From Thermoplasmata archaeon (GTDB taxonomy: Archaea; Thermoplasmatota; Thermoplasmata; Lutacidiplasmatales; UBA184), in assembly GCA_052326445.1 (NCBI GenBank), contig JBKQNC010000017.1, positions 129,227 to 193,226 on the forward strand: a stretch of DNA of 64,000 nt, given 5' to 3'. A program made the position numbers and the translations under genes. Below the pieces are notes generated by a model that worked only from the letters and a program-made list of their open reading frames with translations, had not been told where the DNA came from and did not search any database. Positions 16,630 through 26,082 of this stretch are shown in pieces. How positions within the stretch are numbered: the stretch's first letter is position 1; each line of letters starts with the position of its first letter.

Positions 16630-18672
16630 CTAGGCCTTGGCCGCTGCCGCCGGTCGGCGGTCGGGCGAGGCCGCCGAGTCGCGTTTGATCTCGCGGATGC
16701 GGTCGCGGATCCGGGCCGCCTCCTCGAAATCGAGGCGCTCCGCGGCGAGGCGCATCTCCTCCTCAAGGTTCGCGAGCAGGAGCGGGAGCTTCTCCTTCCA
16801 CTTCTTCCCGAGCCCCGAGGTCGAGAGCTCGGAGGATCCCTCGGCGGTCCCGAGGAGCGCGCGGACCTCCTTCTGGACCGACTCGGGCACGATCCCGTTC
16901 GACCGGTTGTATTCGACCTGGGCCGTGCGCCGGCGGGCCATCTCGTCGATCGCCCGCCGCATCGAGCCGGTGGTCCGGTCCGCATACAGCACGACCTTGC
17001 CCCGCATGTTGCGGCTCGCGCGCCCGGCGGTCTGGACGATGGAGGTCTCGCTGCGCAAGTACCCCTCCTTGTCGGCGTCCAGAATCGCGACGAAGCTCAC
17101 CTCGGGCAGGTCGAGCCCTTCCCGGAGCAGGTTGATGCCGACGAGCACGTCGAACTGGCCCAGTCGAAGGTCGCGCAGCACCTCGACCCGCTTCAGGGTC
17201 TCGACCTCGGAGTGGAGGTAGCGGACCTTGAGCCCGAGCTTCGCGAGGTAGTTCGCGAGCTCCTCGCTGGTTCGCTTCGTGAGCGTCGTGACCAGTGCGC
17301 GGTCCCCGTCGGCGATGACGCGTCGAAGTTCGCCGACCAGGTCCTCGATGTGTCCCGTGAGGGGGCGCACCTCGATCGGCGGGTCGACGAGGCCGGTCGG
17401 ACGGATGATCTGCTCGACGACCCCCTTCGACACCTTGTGCTCGAACGGTCCCGGCGTGGCCGATACGAAGACCGCCTGCGGGACGTGGGAGAGGAACTCG
17501 GGGAAGGTCAGAGGGCGGTTGTCGCGACAGGACGGGAGCCGCCATCCGAACTCGACGAGATTGTCCTTCCGGCTCCGGTCGCCCTTGTACATCCCCTGGA
17601 GCTGGGGGATCGTCGCGTGGGACTCGTCGAGGAAGACCAGCATGTCCTTCGGGAAGAAGTCGAGGAGGGTATACGGCGGCTCGCCCGGCTTTCGACCGGC
17701 GAAGTAGCGCGAATAGTTCTCGACCCCCGAGCAGTAGCCGGTCTCCCGGAGCATCTCGAGGTCGTAGTTGACCCGACCCTTGAGGCGCTGGGCCTCGACG
17801 ATCTTCTCCGCGTCGGCGAGCTCCTTCACGCGCACGTCCCGTTCTTGCTCGATCTCGTGGAGGATGCCGCGCATCCGTTCATCGACGGTCAGGAAATGGG
17901 TCGCCGGGAACACCGAGAGCTGGTTCAGGTCCCGTCGCTCCTCCCGGGTGACCGGGTCGAGCTCCGTGATCGAGGAGACGACCCGCCCGTCGAGGACGAT
18001 CCGGTGGACGGTCTCGCCCGCGCCCATGACATCGAGCGTTCCGCCGCGGACCCGGAACCGACCTCGTTTCAACTCGACGTCGTTGCGCTGGTACTTCATC
18101 CGGATGAGATGGTCGATCAGTTCCTGCCGACCGATGTCCTGGCCGACATGGAGCTCGACCACGGAGGCGCGGTAGTCCTCGGGGGACCCGAGGCCGTAGA
18201 TGCAGCTCACGGAGGCGACGACCAGGACGTCCCGTCGGGTGAGCAGGGCCTGGGTCGCCCGGTGGCGAAGTCGGTCGATCTCCTCGTTGATCGACATGTC
18301 CTTCTCGATGTACAGGTCGATCTGCGGGACGTACGCCTCGGGCTGGTAGTAGTCGTAGTAGCTGACGAAGTACTCCACCGCGTTGTTCGGGAACAGCGCG
18401 CGGAACTCGCTCACGAGCTGGGCCGCGAGCGTCTTGTTGGGGCTCACGACGAGCGTCGGGCGCTGCAACCGCTGGACAGTGTGCGCCATCGTGAACGTCT
18501 TGCCGCTGCCCGTGACGCCGAGGAGCGTGACGTACTTCTCCCGTCGGGTGAGCCGCGCAACGACCTCCTCGATCGCCTTCGGTTGGTCCCCTTGCGGGAC
18601 CATGTCGGTCTCGAGCTCGAAGTGACCCGGAAGCTCGGGCTCGACCTGGGCGGGCGCCGCCTTCGGGCTCAC
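16630..18672 (-). CDS. uvrB: excinuclease ABC subunit B
   Basis: Full-length UvrB: helicase motif I GVTGSGKTFT, DExx, and a C-terminal UvrB/UvrC interaction region. Confidence 0.9.
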   Translation of the reverse strand: MSPKAAPAQVEPELPGHFELETDMVPQGDQPKAIEEVVARLTRREKYVTLLGVTGSGKTFTMAHTVQRLQRPTLVVSPNKTLAAQLVSEFRALFPNNAVEYFVSYYDYYQPEAYVPQIDLYIEKDMSINEEIDRLRHRATQALLTRRDVLVVASVSCIYGLGSPEDYRASVVELHVGQDIGRQELIDHLIRMKYQRNDVELKRGRFRVRGGTLDVMGAGETVHRIVLDGRVVSSITELDPVTREERRDLNQLSVFPATHFLTVDERMRGILHEIEQERDVRVKELADAEKIVEAQRLKGRVNYDLEMLRETGYCSGVENYSRYFAGRKPGEPPYTLLDFFPKDMLVFLDESHATIPQLQGMYKGDRSRKDNLVEFGWRLPSCRDNRPLTFPEFLSHVPQAVFVSATPGPFEHKVSKGVVEQIIRPTGLVDPPIEVRPLTGHIEDLVGELRRVIADGDRALVTTLTKRTSEELANYLAKLGLKVRYLHSEVETLKRVEVLRDLRLGQFDVLVGINLLREGLDLPEVSFVAILDADKEGYLRSETSIVQTAGRASRNMRGKVVLYADRTTGSMRRAIDEMARRRTAQVEYNRSNGIVPESVQKEVRALLGTAEGSSELSTSGLGKKWKEKLPLLLANLEEEMRLAAERLDFEEAARIRDRIREIKRDSAASPDRRPAAAAKA

Positions 18673-19499
18673 GCCCCACCCTCCCGTTCCGCCCGTCCCG
18701 CCCCGTACCCCCGGGGGTCGATCGTGACGGGGGAGAATCCGAGGGCGCCTACCTCGGCCAGGACCTCGGCGGCGGTCACCGGGAGAGTGAGACGAGGCAC
18801 CTCGTCCGGGTCGACCTCGATGCGGGCGGCCCCGTTCTGGACCCGAACCCGGACCCGGCGGAACCCCCGACCCCGGAGGACCGTCTCGGCCGCCTCGATC
18901 CGAGCGAGCAGCGGCGCGTCGATCGCATCCCCATGGCTGACTCGGGAGGCGAGGCAGGCATCCGACGGTTGGTCGGCGTTCGGCAGGCCCCGAAGGCGAG
19001 CGACCCGGCGGACCTCGGACTTGGTCCAGCCCCCCCAGGCCAGCGGATGCTCGAACCCCGCCTCGTTCATGGCCCTCAATCCGGGTCGGTCATCCCGAAG
19101 GTCGTCCGCGTGGACTCCGTCCAGGTACTGGAGGATCCCCCGGGCATCGCCGAACTCGCGGAGGCGATGGGTCTCGACGGAGCGGCAGAAGTAGCACCGG
19201 TCGCTCGGGTTCGCGCGGTACTCTGCGTTCTCGAGCGGGTTGGCCGACACTACGTGATGCTCGATCCCGATCGTCCGAGCGACCTTCCCGGCGCGCTCCG
19301 TCTCGGCCTGGGAGACCGCCGGGCCCGTCAGGGTGACGGCGACGGCGGCCCGGCCCAGTGCCTCGAAGGCTAGCGACGCGACCAGGGCGGAGTCGACGCC
19401 GCCCGACAGGGCGACCAGGGCCGGACCGCCCGCCCGGATGCGGTCGACGAGCGTCCGCTCCCCGACCGGAAGTGACGTCGACGGAACCGACTCGACCAC
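18669..19499 (-). CDS. PP-loop ATP pyrophosphatase of the LarE/TIGR00268 family (ATP-dependent sulfur transferase-like)
   Basis: SGGVDS PP-loop and a conserved Cys region (CYFCR). Its stop overlaps the uvrB start by 4 nt. Confidence 0.75.
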   Translation of the reverse strand: MVESVPSTSLPVGERTLVDRIRAGGPALVALSGGVDSALVASLAFEALGRAAVAVTLTGPAVSQAETERAGKVARTIGIEHHVVSANPLENAEYRANPSDRCYFCRSVETHRLREFGDARGILQYLDGVHADDLRDDRPGLRAMNEAGFEHPLAWGGWTKSEVRRVARLRGLPNADQPSDACLASRVSHGDAIDAPLLARIEAAETVLRGRGFRRVRVRVQNGAARIEVDPDEVPRLTLPVTAAEVLAEVGALGFSPVTIDPRGYGAGRAEREGGA

Positions 19500-19576
19500 G
19501 GAGCGTCCGGCACCCGCCCGATAGGGAAAACGGTATCTCTCAGGGCCGTGCGTTAGGCCCGGGAAAGGGTCCGACC

Positions 19577-20014
19577 ATGCAGGCCGTGCGAGAGGGAACG
19601 AAGTGGGTGCTCCGACTTGAGGAAGGCCAGGATCTGTTCGAGACGCTCAGTGCCTTCGCCGAGAAGGAGCAACTGCGGGCCGCCGCGGTACTGTTCGGGA
19701 TCGGGATGTTCCGTCGCGCGACGTTCGGCTACTGGGACGGGACCCGGTACCAGCCCCACGAACTGACGATCCCGCACGAAGTTGTCGCTCTCCACGGGAC
19801 CATCGCCTGGGCCGACGGTCATCCATCGATCCACCTGCACGGCGCCGTGGCGGGGCCGGACCACCATCTCGTGGGCGGCCACCTCATCCGGGCGACGGTC
19901 GGCATCCTCCAGGAGGTCGTCCTCGAGACCTTCCCGTCCCACTCGTTCGACCGCCCCCTCGAGGAGAGCATCGGACTTCGCATCCTGGACCTCGAGGCCC
20001 GTCCGAAGCACTAG
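19577..20014 (+). CDS. PPC/DUF296 domain protein (predicted DNA-binding, PD1-like)
   Basis: ~145 aa with the DUF296 pattern (LxLxxGEDLxExLxxFAxxxxIxAAxVxxGIG... GHxHxxxxG...). Confidence 0.6.
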   Translation: MQAVREGTKWVLRLEEGQDLFETLSAFAEKEQLRAAAVLFGIGMFRRATFGYWDGTRYQPHELTIPHEVVALHGTIAWADGHPSIHLHGAVAGPDHHLVGGHLIRATVGILQEVVLETFPSHSFDRPLEESIGLRILDLEARPKH

Positions 20015-20063
20015 GGCGTCCGACACCCCTTTCCGTCCGCTCCGGGTCACCGCCGCTCCATCC

Positions 20064-22913
20064 ATGGCGTTCGACGTGCGCTCCCTCCTTCCGGGCATCG
20101 ACCCGCGCCTCGCGGAAGCGGTCGCCCGCCGCGGGATCCGCGAACCGACGGAGATCCAGCGGCTCGCCCTTCCGCTCCTCAACGGGACCGCCGACGCCCT
20201 CCTGCTCTCCCCGACCGGGACCGGGAAGACCGAGGCCGCGCTGTTGCCGCTCCTTTCGCGACGGCTCACGGACCCCACGCCCCCGATCTCGATCCTGTAC
20301 GTGACGCCGCTCCGGGCCCTCAACCGGGACCTCGAGCACCGCTTGGTCGCGCTGGTCGAGGAAGTGGGACTGACCGCGGCGGTCCGTCACGGGGACACGA
20401 CGCAATCGGCTAGACTCGCCCAATCCCATCGCCCTCCGGACCTCCTTCTCACCACGCCGGAGACGCTCCAGATCCTGCTCGTGGGGCGTCGCCTGAGGGA
20501 GTCGCTGCGCAACGTCCGTACGGTGATCGTGGACGAGATCCACGAGCTCGTCGGCTCGGACCGCGGCGCCCAACTCGGGCTCACCCTCGAGCGATTGGAC
20601 GCGCTCACGGGCCGCCGCGTCCGTCGGATCGGGCTCTCGGCGACGGTCGGCAACCCCGCGGAGGTCGCCCGGTTCCTCGCGCCCCCACCCCGCGCCGTTG
20701 AGGTGAGGACGGCCGAGTCCCGGCGCGAGCTCGAGCTGTTCGCCCGCCGTCCGGACGACGAGTACCCCGCGCTCAACCCGGAGCTGGTCAGTGACCTCAA
20801 GGCCGACCCGACGCTGCTCGCGGGGCTCCGGGCGGTCGAGGCCGAGATCCGGGCGCATTCAACGACGCTCATCTTCGTCAACACACGGCCCACCGCGGAA
20901 GGACTCGCGGCCCGGCTGGGATTGCTCGCGCCCGACCTGACCGTCGCCGTGCACCACGGGTCGCTCTCCCGGGAGATGCGGGAGGAGGCCGAGAAGGCGT
21001 TCCGGGACGGACGTCTCCGGGCGCTCGTCGCCACCTCCTCGCTCGAGCTCGGCATCGACATCGGCGGGATCGACCACGTCGTCCAGTTCGGCTCCCCCCA
21101 TCAGGTCGGTCGGCTCGTCCAGCGGGTCGGGCGCTCCGGTCATCGCTCGGACCGCATCATCCACGGTACCGTCCTCGCGCTCGACAACGACGACCTCGAG
21201 GAGGCGGCCGTGCTCGCCCGCCGGGCGGACGAGGGGTTGATCGAACCCGCCGCGTGGCGTACCCGGAACCGGCTCGCCGCCGCCCAGCAGGTCGTCGCGA
21301 CGCTGCGGGCGGAGGGACCGACGGAACCCGACCGCCTGGTCGAGGTGCTCGGACACGCGGAAGCGGTGCGCGACCTCTCCCGGCCCGACTGGAACGCTCT
21401 CTTCGATTACCTCGTGGAACTCCGCCTGGCGAAGCGCCAGGACGACGGAAAGATCGCGCCGGGGCGGGGCACCCTCGCCCGATTCTACGCCTCCCTATCG
21501 CTCATTCCCGACGAGCGCACGTACCGCCTGCGCGACATCGCCACGCGGCGCCTGATCGGGACGCTCGACGAGCGGTTCGTCCTAACTCAGATCCTCGCCC
21601 AGCCCGAGGAGATCTTCCTGCTGCACGGCCGCACATGGAAGGTCGTGGAATACCGGGACGGCGAGCTCTTGGTCGAGACCGTGAAGGAGATCGGGGCCGA
21701 GCCGCGATGGGCGGGAGAAGACCTCCCGGTCCCGTTCGACGTGGCCCAGGAGATCGGTCGACTCCGCCGCGAGGGAGGGTTCGAACGGTACCCCCTGAGC
21801 CCGGCGGACGCCGCGCGCCTCACGGGGCGACGGGACGCTGCGATCGCCGCCGAGGCCCTGCCCACGGACCGGCGGGTCACCGTCACCGCCCGCGGTCGGG
21901 TGGTCGTCTACGGGGCGTGCTTCGGCACCCGGACGAACGAGACGCTCGCCCTCGCGGTCGCCGGAGTGCTGACCGCCCGCCTCGGCGCCCGGACCGAGGT
22001 GATCTCGGTCGAACCGACCTGGTTCGTCCTCGAGCTCCCCGTCGCGGTCGACGGGCCCACGCTGGTCGACGCCTTCTCGACCGACCCGGATTCGCTGCTC
22101 CCGCTCGTCGAACGGCTCGTCCCGAGCGGCCTCGATTATCGCTGGGTCTTCCTCGCCGTCGCGCGCAAGCTGGGGGTGATCCCGGCGACCGCCGACCCGC
22201 GCGACCTCCGGACCCTCGAGCCCCTCCTGGAACAGAGCCGGACCAACCCGCTCGGGGAGGAGACGCTCGACAAGACCCTCCACGACCGGTTCGACGTGGA
22301 GCACGCCCGCGGCATCCTCGTGCGGGTCCGGTCCGGCGCGATGGAGGTCGTCGCGACCCCGCCGTCGGCGCTGACGGACGGGCCCCTCGAGCGACTGCGC
22401 TGGCGGGCGGTCTCGGACACTCCGCCCCCCACCCTCTTGAAGGCGGTCCGGGAACGGCTCGCCAAGGAGCCGCTCGTCCTCGTCTGCCTGCGATGCGGAT
22501 TCCAGCGCGAGACCACGCCGACCAGATACCAGAAGGAGGGAGGGAGCCGCTGCCTCCTGTGTCGCGGCTCGCTCTCCGCCGTGCTCTCTCCCCGGCGGGA
22601 GAAGGACATCGAACGGCTCGTCCAGTACGCCAAGAAGAAGTGGAAACCCCAGGGGAAGACGACCAAGCGGGCGCCCCGCAAGGAGCGCGCCCCTTCCCCC
22701 GAGCTAGAGTCGCTCGTCCGGACCGGCTACACTTCAGCGGAGCTCGTCGCCCACTACGGAGAACGGGCCCTGTATGCGCTCGCGGCCCGGGGGATCGGGC
22801 CCGAAACCGCACGGCGTCTGCTCGCCCGACTCTACCGGGACCAGGATGCGTTCTTCACGGAGATCCTCCGGGCCGAGCGGAGCTACGCCAAGACGCGCGC
22901 CTTCTGGGACTGA
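20064..22913 (+). CDS. lhr: Lhr-like large ATP-dependent helicase (DEAD/DEAH box) with a C-terminal zinc ribbon
   Basis: Motif I SPTGTGKT, motif II VDEIHE, motif III LSAT, the Lhr-core winged-helix region, and a C-terminal CLRCG..CLLCRG ribbon. 949 aa. Confidence 0.8.
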   Translation: MAFDVRSLLPGIDPRLAEAVARRGIREPTEIQRLALPLLNGTADALLLSPTGTGKTEAALLPLLSRRLTDPTPPISILYVTPLRALNRDLEHRLVALVEEVGLTAAVRHGDTTQSARLAQSHRPPDLLLTTPETLQILLVGRRLRESLRNVRTVIVDEIHELVGSDRGAQLGLTLERLDALTGRRVRRIGLSATVGNPAEVARFLAPPPRAVEVRTAESRRELELFARRPDDEYPALNPELVSDLKADPTLLAGLRAVEAEIRAHSTTLIFVNTRPTAEGLAARLGLLAPDLTVAVHHGSLSREMREEAEKAFRDGRLRALVATSSLELGIDIGGIDHVVQFGSPHQVGRLVQRVGRSGHRSDRIIHGTVLALDNDDLEEAAVLARRADEGLIEPAAWRTRNRLAAAQQVVATLRAEGPTEPDRLVEVLGHAEAVRDLSRPDWNALFDYLVELRLAKRQDDGKIAPGRGTLARFYASLSLIPDERTYRLRDIATRRLIGTLDERFVLTQILAQPEEIFLLHGRTWKVVEYRDGELLVETVKEIGAEPRWAGEDLPVPFDVAQEIGRLRREGGFERYPLSPADAARLTGRRDAAIAAEALPTDRRVTVTARGRVVVYGACFGTRTNETLALAVAGVLTARLGARTEVISVEPTWFVLELPVAVDGPTLVDAFSTDPDSLLPLVERLVPSGLDYRWVFLAVARKLGVIPATADPRDLRTLEPLLEQSRTNPLGEETLDKTLHDRFDVEHARGILVRVRSGAMEVVATPPSALTDGPLERLRWRAVSDTPPPTLLKAVRERLAKEPLVLVCLRCGFQRETTPTRYQKEGGSRCLLCRGSLSAVLSPRREKDIERLVQYAKKKWKPQGKTTKRAPRKERAPSPELESLVRTGYTSAELVAHYGERALYALAARGIGPETARRLLARLYRDQDAFFTEILRAERSYAKTRAFWD

Positions 22914-23984
22914 TCATTCGGTGGCCAGGGCCCGTGCGACCGTCTCGACGACGGAGCGGGGAGCGTCCGTGCGGAACGCCCCGGCCCGGGCGTGGGTCGG
23001 CGCCGCCCGGTACCCGCGCGCCGAGAGCCGGCTGACGTACGAGGCGAGCGACCCCGGGGACCCCAGGCCGAGGGCGCCCGCGAGCTCGTTCGCCTCGTAG
23101 TAGAAGGGCCGGTCGACCTCCACCTCCCCCCGGAGCTTCGCCAGGAAGGGTTCGACCTCCCGCGGGTGCGACGCCGTCGGAGGGAGTTCCAGACGGGAAA
23201 CGAGTCCCGGATCGAAGAGGGGTCCGAGCCAGAGCGGCCCGTACGGGGCACCAGTGCCCACCACCGGACCGGTCCACGTCGTCGGGTCGATCGTCCCGAC
23301 CGGGTCCTCCCTCGGGGAGAGGTCCCCCACCTCCACGTACGCACGGAGATGGTGGTCGCGGACGTAGGCCAGGAGGGGGCGCACGCCCCGGCCGCGCCGT
23401 CGGCCCATCGCAGCCAGGTTCGCGAGCAGGATTCGAAGGCCCCCCTCCGGTCCCAAACGACCCCGGACCGGACGCGCCCCGTAGCGGCGTTCGCACGCGC
23501 CTGGTTGGACACCGGCGAGCACCATGAGGTCGGTGGCCGTGACGGCGAGGACTCCGCCCGGCCGGACTGCGCCGATCGCGAGGTCGAGGAACGAGAGGGG
23601 AGAGCCGTAGGGGTCGAGGTCGACGTAGTCGAACGGCGCTCCTTCGGGAAGCCCATGGGCGTCGGCGACGACCACCCGGGTCCCGGGGACCTTCGCCGCG
23701 TTCTGCTGGAGCACTGCGGCGGCCTCCGGGTTGGCCTCCGTCAACAGAAAGGAGTGGAACCCCTTCCCTTCCTGGACGACCCGCAGGCCCCGGGCCCCGG
23801 TGGCGGCCAGCATGTCCCAGCCGGACCCCGTGCCCGTCGGGAAGCGGGCCCGCACGAACGCGACGGCGAGGTCGCGGTCCACGGCCATCGCTGGGTTGTA
23901 GAAGACCGGAGCACGCGACCTCGGCCCCCGTCCCGGAGCGACGGCGGGGAGGAGGAGGTCGGTTCCTCCCTCCCGGCTCCAGAC
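22914..23984 (-). CDS. trm1: tRNA (guanine26-N2)-dimethyltransferase Trm1; start codon not resolved
   Basis: Trm1 signature PVFYNPAMAVDRDL plus the SAM-MTase fold and a C-terminal domain. No ATG/GTG/TTG exists at the expected N-terminus (~23980); the first ATG, at MAVDRDL (23886-23888), would truncate the fold. Confidence 0.7.
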   Translation of the reverse strand, partial: VWSREGGTDLLLPAVAPGRGPRSRAPVFYNPAMAVDRDLAVAFVRARFPTGTGSGWDMLAATGARGLRVVQEGKGFHSFLLTEANPEAAAVLQQNAAKVPGTRVVVADAHGLPEGAPFDYVDLDPYGSPLSFLDLAIGAVRPGGVLAVTATDLMVLAGVQPGACERRYGARPVRGRLGPEGGLRILLANLAAMGRRRGRGVRPLLAYVRDHHLRAYVEVGDLSPREDPVGTIDPTTWTGPVVGTGAPYGPLWLGPLFDPGLVSRLELPPTASHPREVEPFLAKLRGEVEVDRPFYYEANELAGALGLGSPGSLASYVSRLSARGYRAAPTHARAGAFRTDAPRSVVETVARALATE

Positions 23985-24541
23985 TAGTGGGTCTGTCCGG
24001 TGATCAGGTGGACGATCTTGAACGCGAGCAGGTTCTTGTTGACGGGCGTCACTTCGAGGAGTCGTAGTTCGTCCCTCCGCCGGATGTCCTGGAGAAGAGG
24101 GTTCCGGGACTTCTTGTGGAGGGTCATGATGATCGACTTCTTCGCGTCCAGGGTGTCGACGACGCTCTTGGTGAAGGTGTCGCTCTCGACCTCCATCTTG
24201 CCGACCTCGTCGATGACGATGACGTCCGCGGACTCGCGCGCTTCCGCGAGCGCCCGGATCCCGAGCCCCTCCAGCGCGGCGAGGTTGACCCCGAACCGCC
24301 CGGACCGGACCCGCGACTTCATCGTCTCGTGGGCGAAGACCTCGTGTTCCTTGGTGAGCCAGTTCGTGATCTGGAATCCGGTGCGCCGCTGCTTCTCGAC
24401 GATCGGCTCGGTGACCATCCCGCCGACGACCACGCCCTCCTCCTCGAGAAGCTGGATGATCCGTAGGAGGGTTTGCGTCTTCCCGGATCCGGGGAGGCCG
24501 GTGATTCCAATCTTTACAGGTGCGGACAAGCGACGGGCCAT
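23984..24541 (-). CDS. nucleoside-triphosphatase THEP1 (NTPase_1/PF03266 family)
   Basis: Walker A GLPGSGKT and Walker B VIVIDEVG. ~185 aa. Local GC is ~55-60%, clearly below the window average. Confidence 0.75.
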   Translation of the reverse strand: MARRLSAPVKIGITGLPGSGKTQTLLRIIQLLEEEGVVVGGMVTEPIVEKQRRTGFQITNWLTKEHEVFAHETMKSRVRSGRFGVNLAALEGLGIRALAEARESADVIVIDEVGKMEVESDTFTKSVVDTLDAKKSIIMTLHKKSRNPLLQDIRRRDELRLLEVTPVNKNLLAFKIVHLITGQTH

Positions 24542-24593
24542 GCAGAAGAACCCCGGGGGCGGCTTCATCTAGGGCGCGAGCGAATAAGAGAGC

Positions 24594-25232
24594 ATGCCGA
24601 CCATGCCTCACGGTCACACCCCACCTACTTCGCCCGAAATCGTCGGGGATACCGGTCGCCTCGTCTACCCGGCCCGCGAGGATACCTTCCTCCTCCTCCC
24701 CTTCGCCCAGGTCCCTCGAGGCACTTCGTTCCTGGAGGTGGGCACCGGCTCCGGCCTGATCGCGCTCGAGGCGGCCCGGCACGGCGCCCGGGTCGTGGCG
24801 ACCGACCGCAACCCCCACGCGCTCCGCCACCTGGCCCGTCTGGCACGAATCCAGCGCCTTCCGGTCGAAGCGGTGCGGACCGACCTCGCCCGTGGGCTCG
24901 GCCGGTTCGACCGGGTCGTGTTCAATCCCCCGTACCTGCCCACCCGTCCGGAGGAACGGGACCCGAACCGCTGGCACAACCTCGCGCTCGACGGGGGAGC
25001 GGACGGGTGCCGCGTGGCGGCGCGTTGGATGGCGGAGTTGGCCGACCACCTCACTCCCCGCGGGGAAGGATTCCTGATCGCCTCGACCGTGCAATCTCCC
25101 TCCGCGCAAGCGGCCTTGTGGGCCGCCTGGCGCGCCGGCGGAGGAAGCGCCGAGGTCGTCGCGGAGCGCCCGCTCGAAGGAGAGCGGCTCGAGGTCTGGA
25201 AACTCGTCCCGGCGCGGCCGCGGCCCGTCTAG
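24594..25232 (+). CDS. HemK/PrmC-like N5-glutamine methyltransferase (probable aRF1 methyltransferase Mtq2 homolog)
   Basis: SAM-binding motif LEVGTGSG and the NPPY motif (VFNPPYLP). Confidence 0.7.
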   Translation: MPTMPHGHTPPTSPEIVGDTGRLVYPAREDTFLLLPFAQVPRGTSFLEVGTGSGLIALEAARHGARVVATDRNPHALRHLARLARIQRLPVEAVRTDLARGLGRFDRVVFNPPYLPTRPEERDPNRWHNLALDGGADGCRVAARWMAELADHLTPRGEGFLIASTVQSPSAQAALWAAWRAGGGSAEVVAERPLEGERLEVWKLVPARPRPV

Positions 25233-26059
25233 CCGCGCTGCGCGGCGTAGTCGAGCACGGCTTCGAGGAAGATCCGGCCGTCCCCGAACCCCTCGGGGCC
25301 CCCCGTTCGGGTCCAGTCGGGGGCCTGGGCTCGGAAGAACGAACGCTCGGGGTGCGGCATCAGGCCGAAGACGTTCCCTTCGGGGTTGGTGAGCCCGGCC
25401 ACGTTCCCCTCGGAGCCGTTCGGGTTCCAGGGGTACGTCGGGGCGCTTCCGTCGGGCGCGACCCAACGGAAGAGGATCTGCCCGGCGCTCTCGAGTTCCC
25501 TCAAACGCGTCGGTCCGTCCCCGGCGAGGACGAGCTTTCCCTCTCCATGGGCGGACGGGAACAGGAACCGGGTCCCGCGTGGGAGCTTCGCGAGCGGGGC
25601 GAACGCGCCACCCTCCCAGGAGACGAACGTCGGCCGGCACTCGAAGTGGCCAGAGTCGTTGGTCATGAGCGCCGCCTCCGGTCGACCGAGACGCCCTCCC
25701 GGGCGCCCGGGAAGCAGTCCGAGTTCCGTGATCACTTGGAATCCGTTGCAGATCCCGGCGACGATCCGGCCCTCCCGGACGAACTTCTCGAGCTCGGGTC
25801 CGATCGCCGCTCGCACCCGGGCCGCGAAGATCGCCCCGGCCCGGACGTAGTCACCCGCCGAGAACCCGCCGGGAACGAACAGGGCCGCATAGTCCGAGAG
25901 CTGGCGGCGTTCGGACGGGGTGACCTCCCGGCCTTCGAGCTGCTTCAGGTGGACCACCTCGGCGCGGGCACCGAGATGTTCGAGCGCGACCTGGAGCTCC
26001 CGGTCGCAGTTCGTCCCCTCGATGGACAGGATCGCGACCGGAAGGTTCCGCCGGGCCAC
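25229..26059 (-). CDS. purQ: phosphoribosylformylglycinamidine synthase subunit PurQ (glutaminase)
   Basis: Class I glutamine amidotransferase, with GICNGFQ providing the catalytic Cys and HPER near the C-terminus. GTG start at 26057-26059 gives MARRNLPVAILSIEGTNCD. Confidence 0.8.
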   Translation of the reverse strand: MARRNLPVAILSIEGTNCDRELQVALEHLGARAEVVHLKQLEGREVTPSERRQLSDYAALFVPGGFSAGDYVRAGAIFAARVRAAIGPELEKFVREGRIVAGICNGFQVITELGLLPGRPGGRLGRPEAALMTNDSGHFECRPTFVSWEGGAFAPLAKLPRGTRFLFPSAHGEGKLVLAGDGPTRLRELESAGQILFRWVAPDGSAPTYPWNPNGSEGNVAGLTNPEGNVFGLMPHPERSFFRAQAPDWTRTGGPEGFGDGRIFLEAVLDYAAQRG

Positions 26060-26082
26060 GCTCGGAAAAGAGGCCCGGAGCC

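Noticed and set aside
15028-19194. 1388-aa plus-strand ORF spanning the uvrB and LarE region
   Set aside because: Translation is S/R/P/A-rich low complexity and it overlaps two well-supported genes on the opposite strand. GC artefact.
21254-23035. 593-aa plus-strand ORF inside the Lhr helicase region
   Set aside because: An alternative frame of the lhr gene with an Arg/Pro/Gly-rich translation and no motifs.
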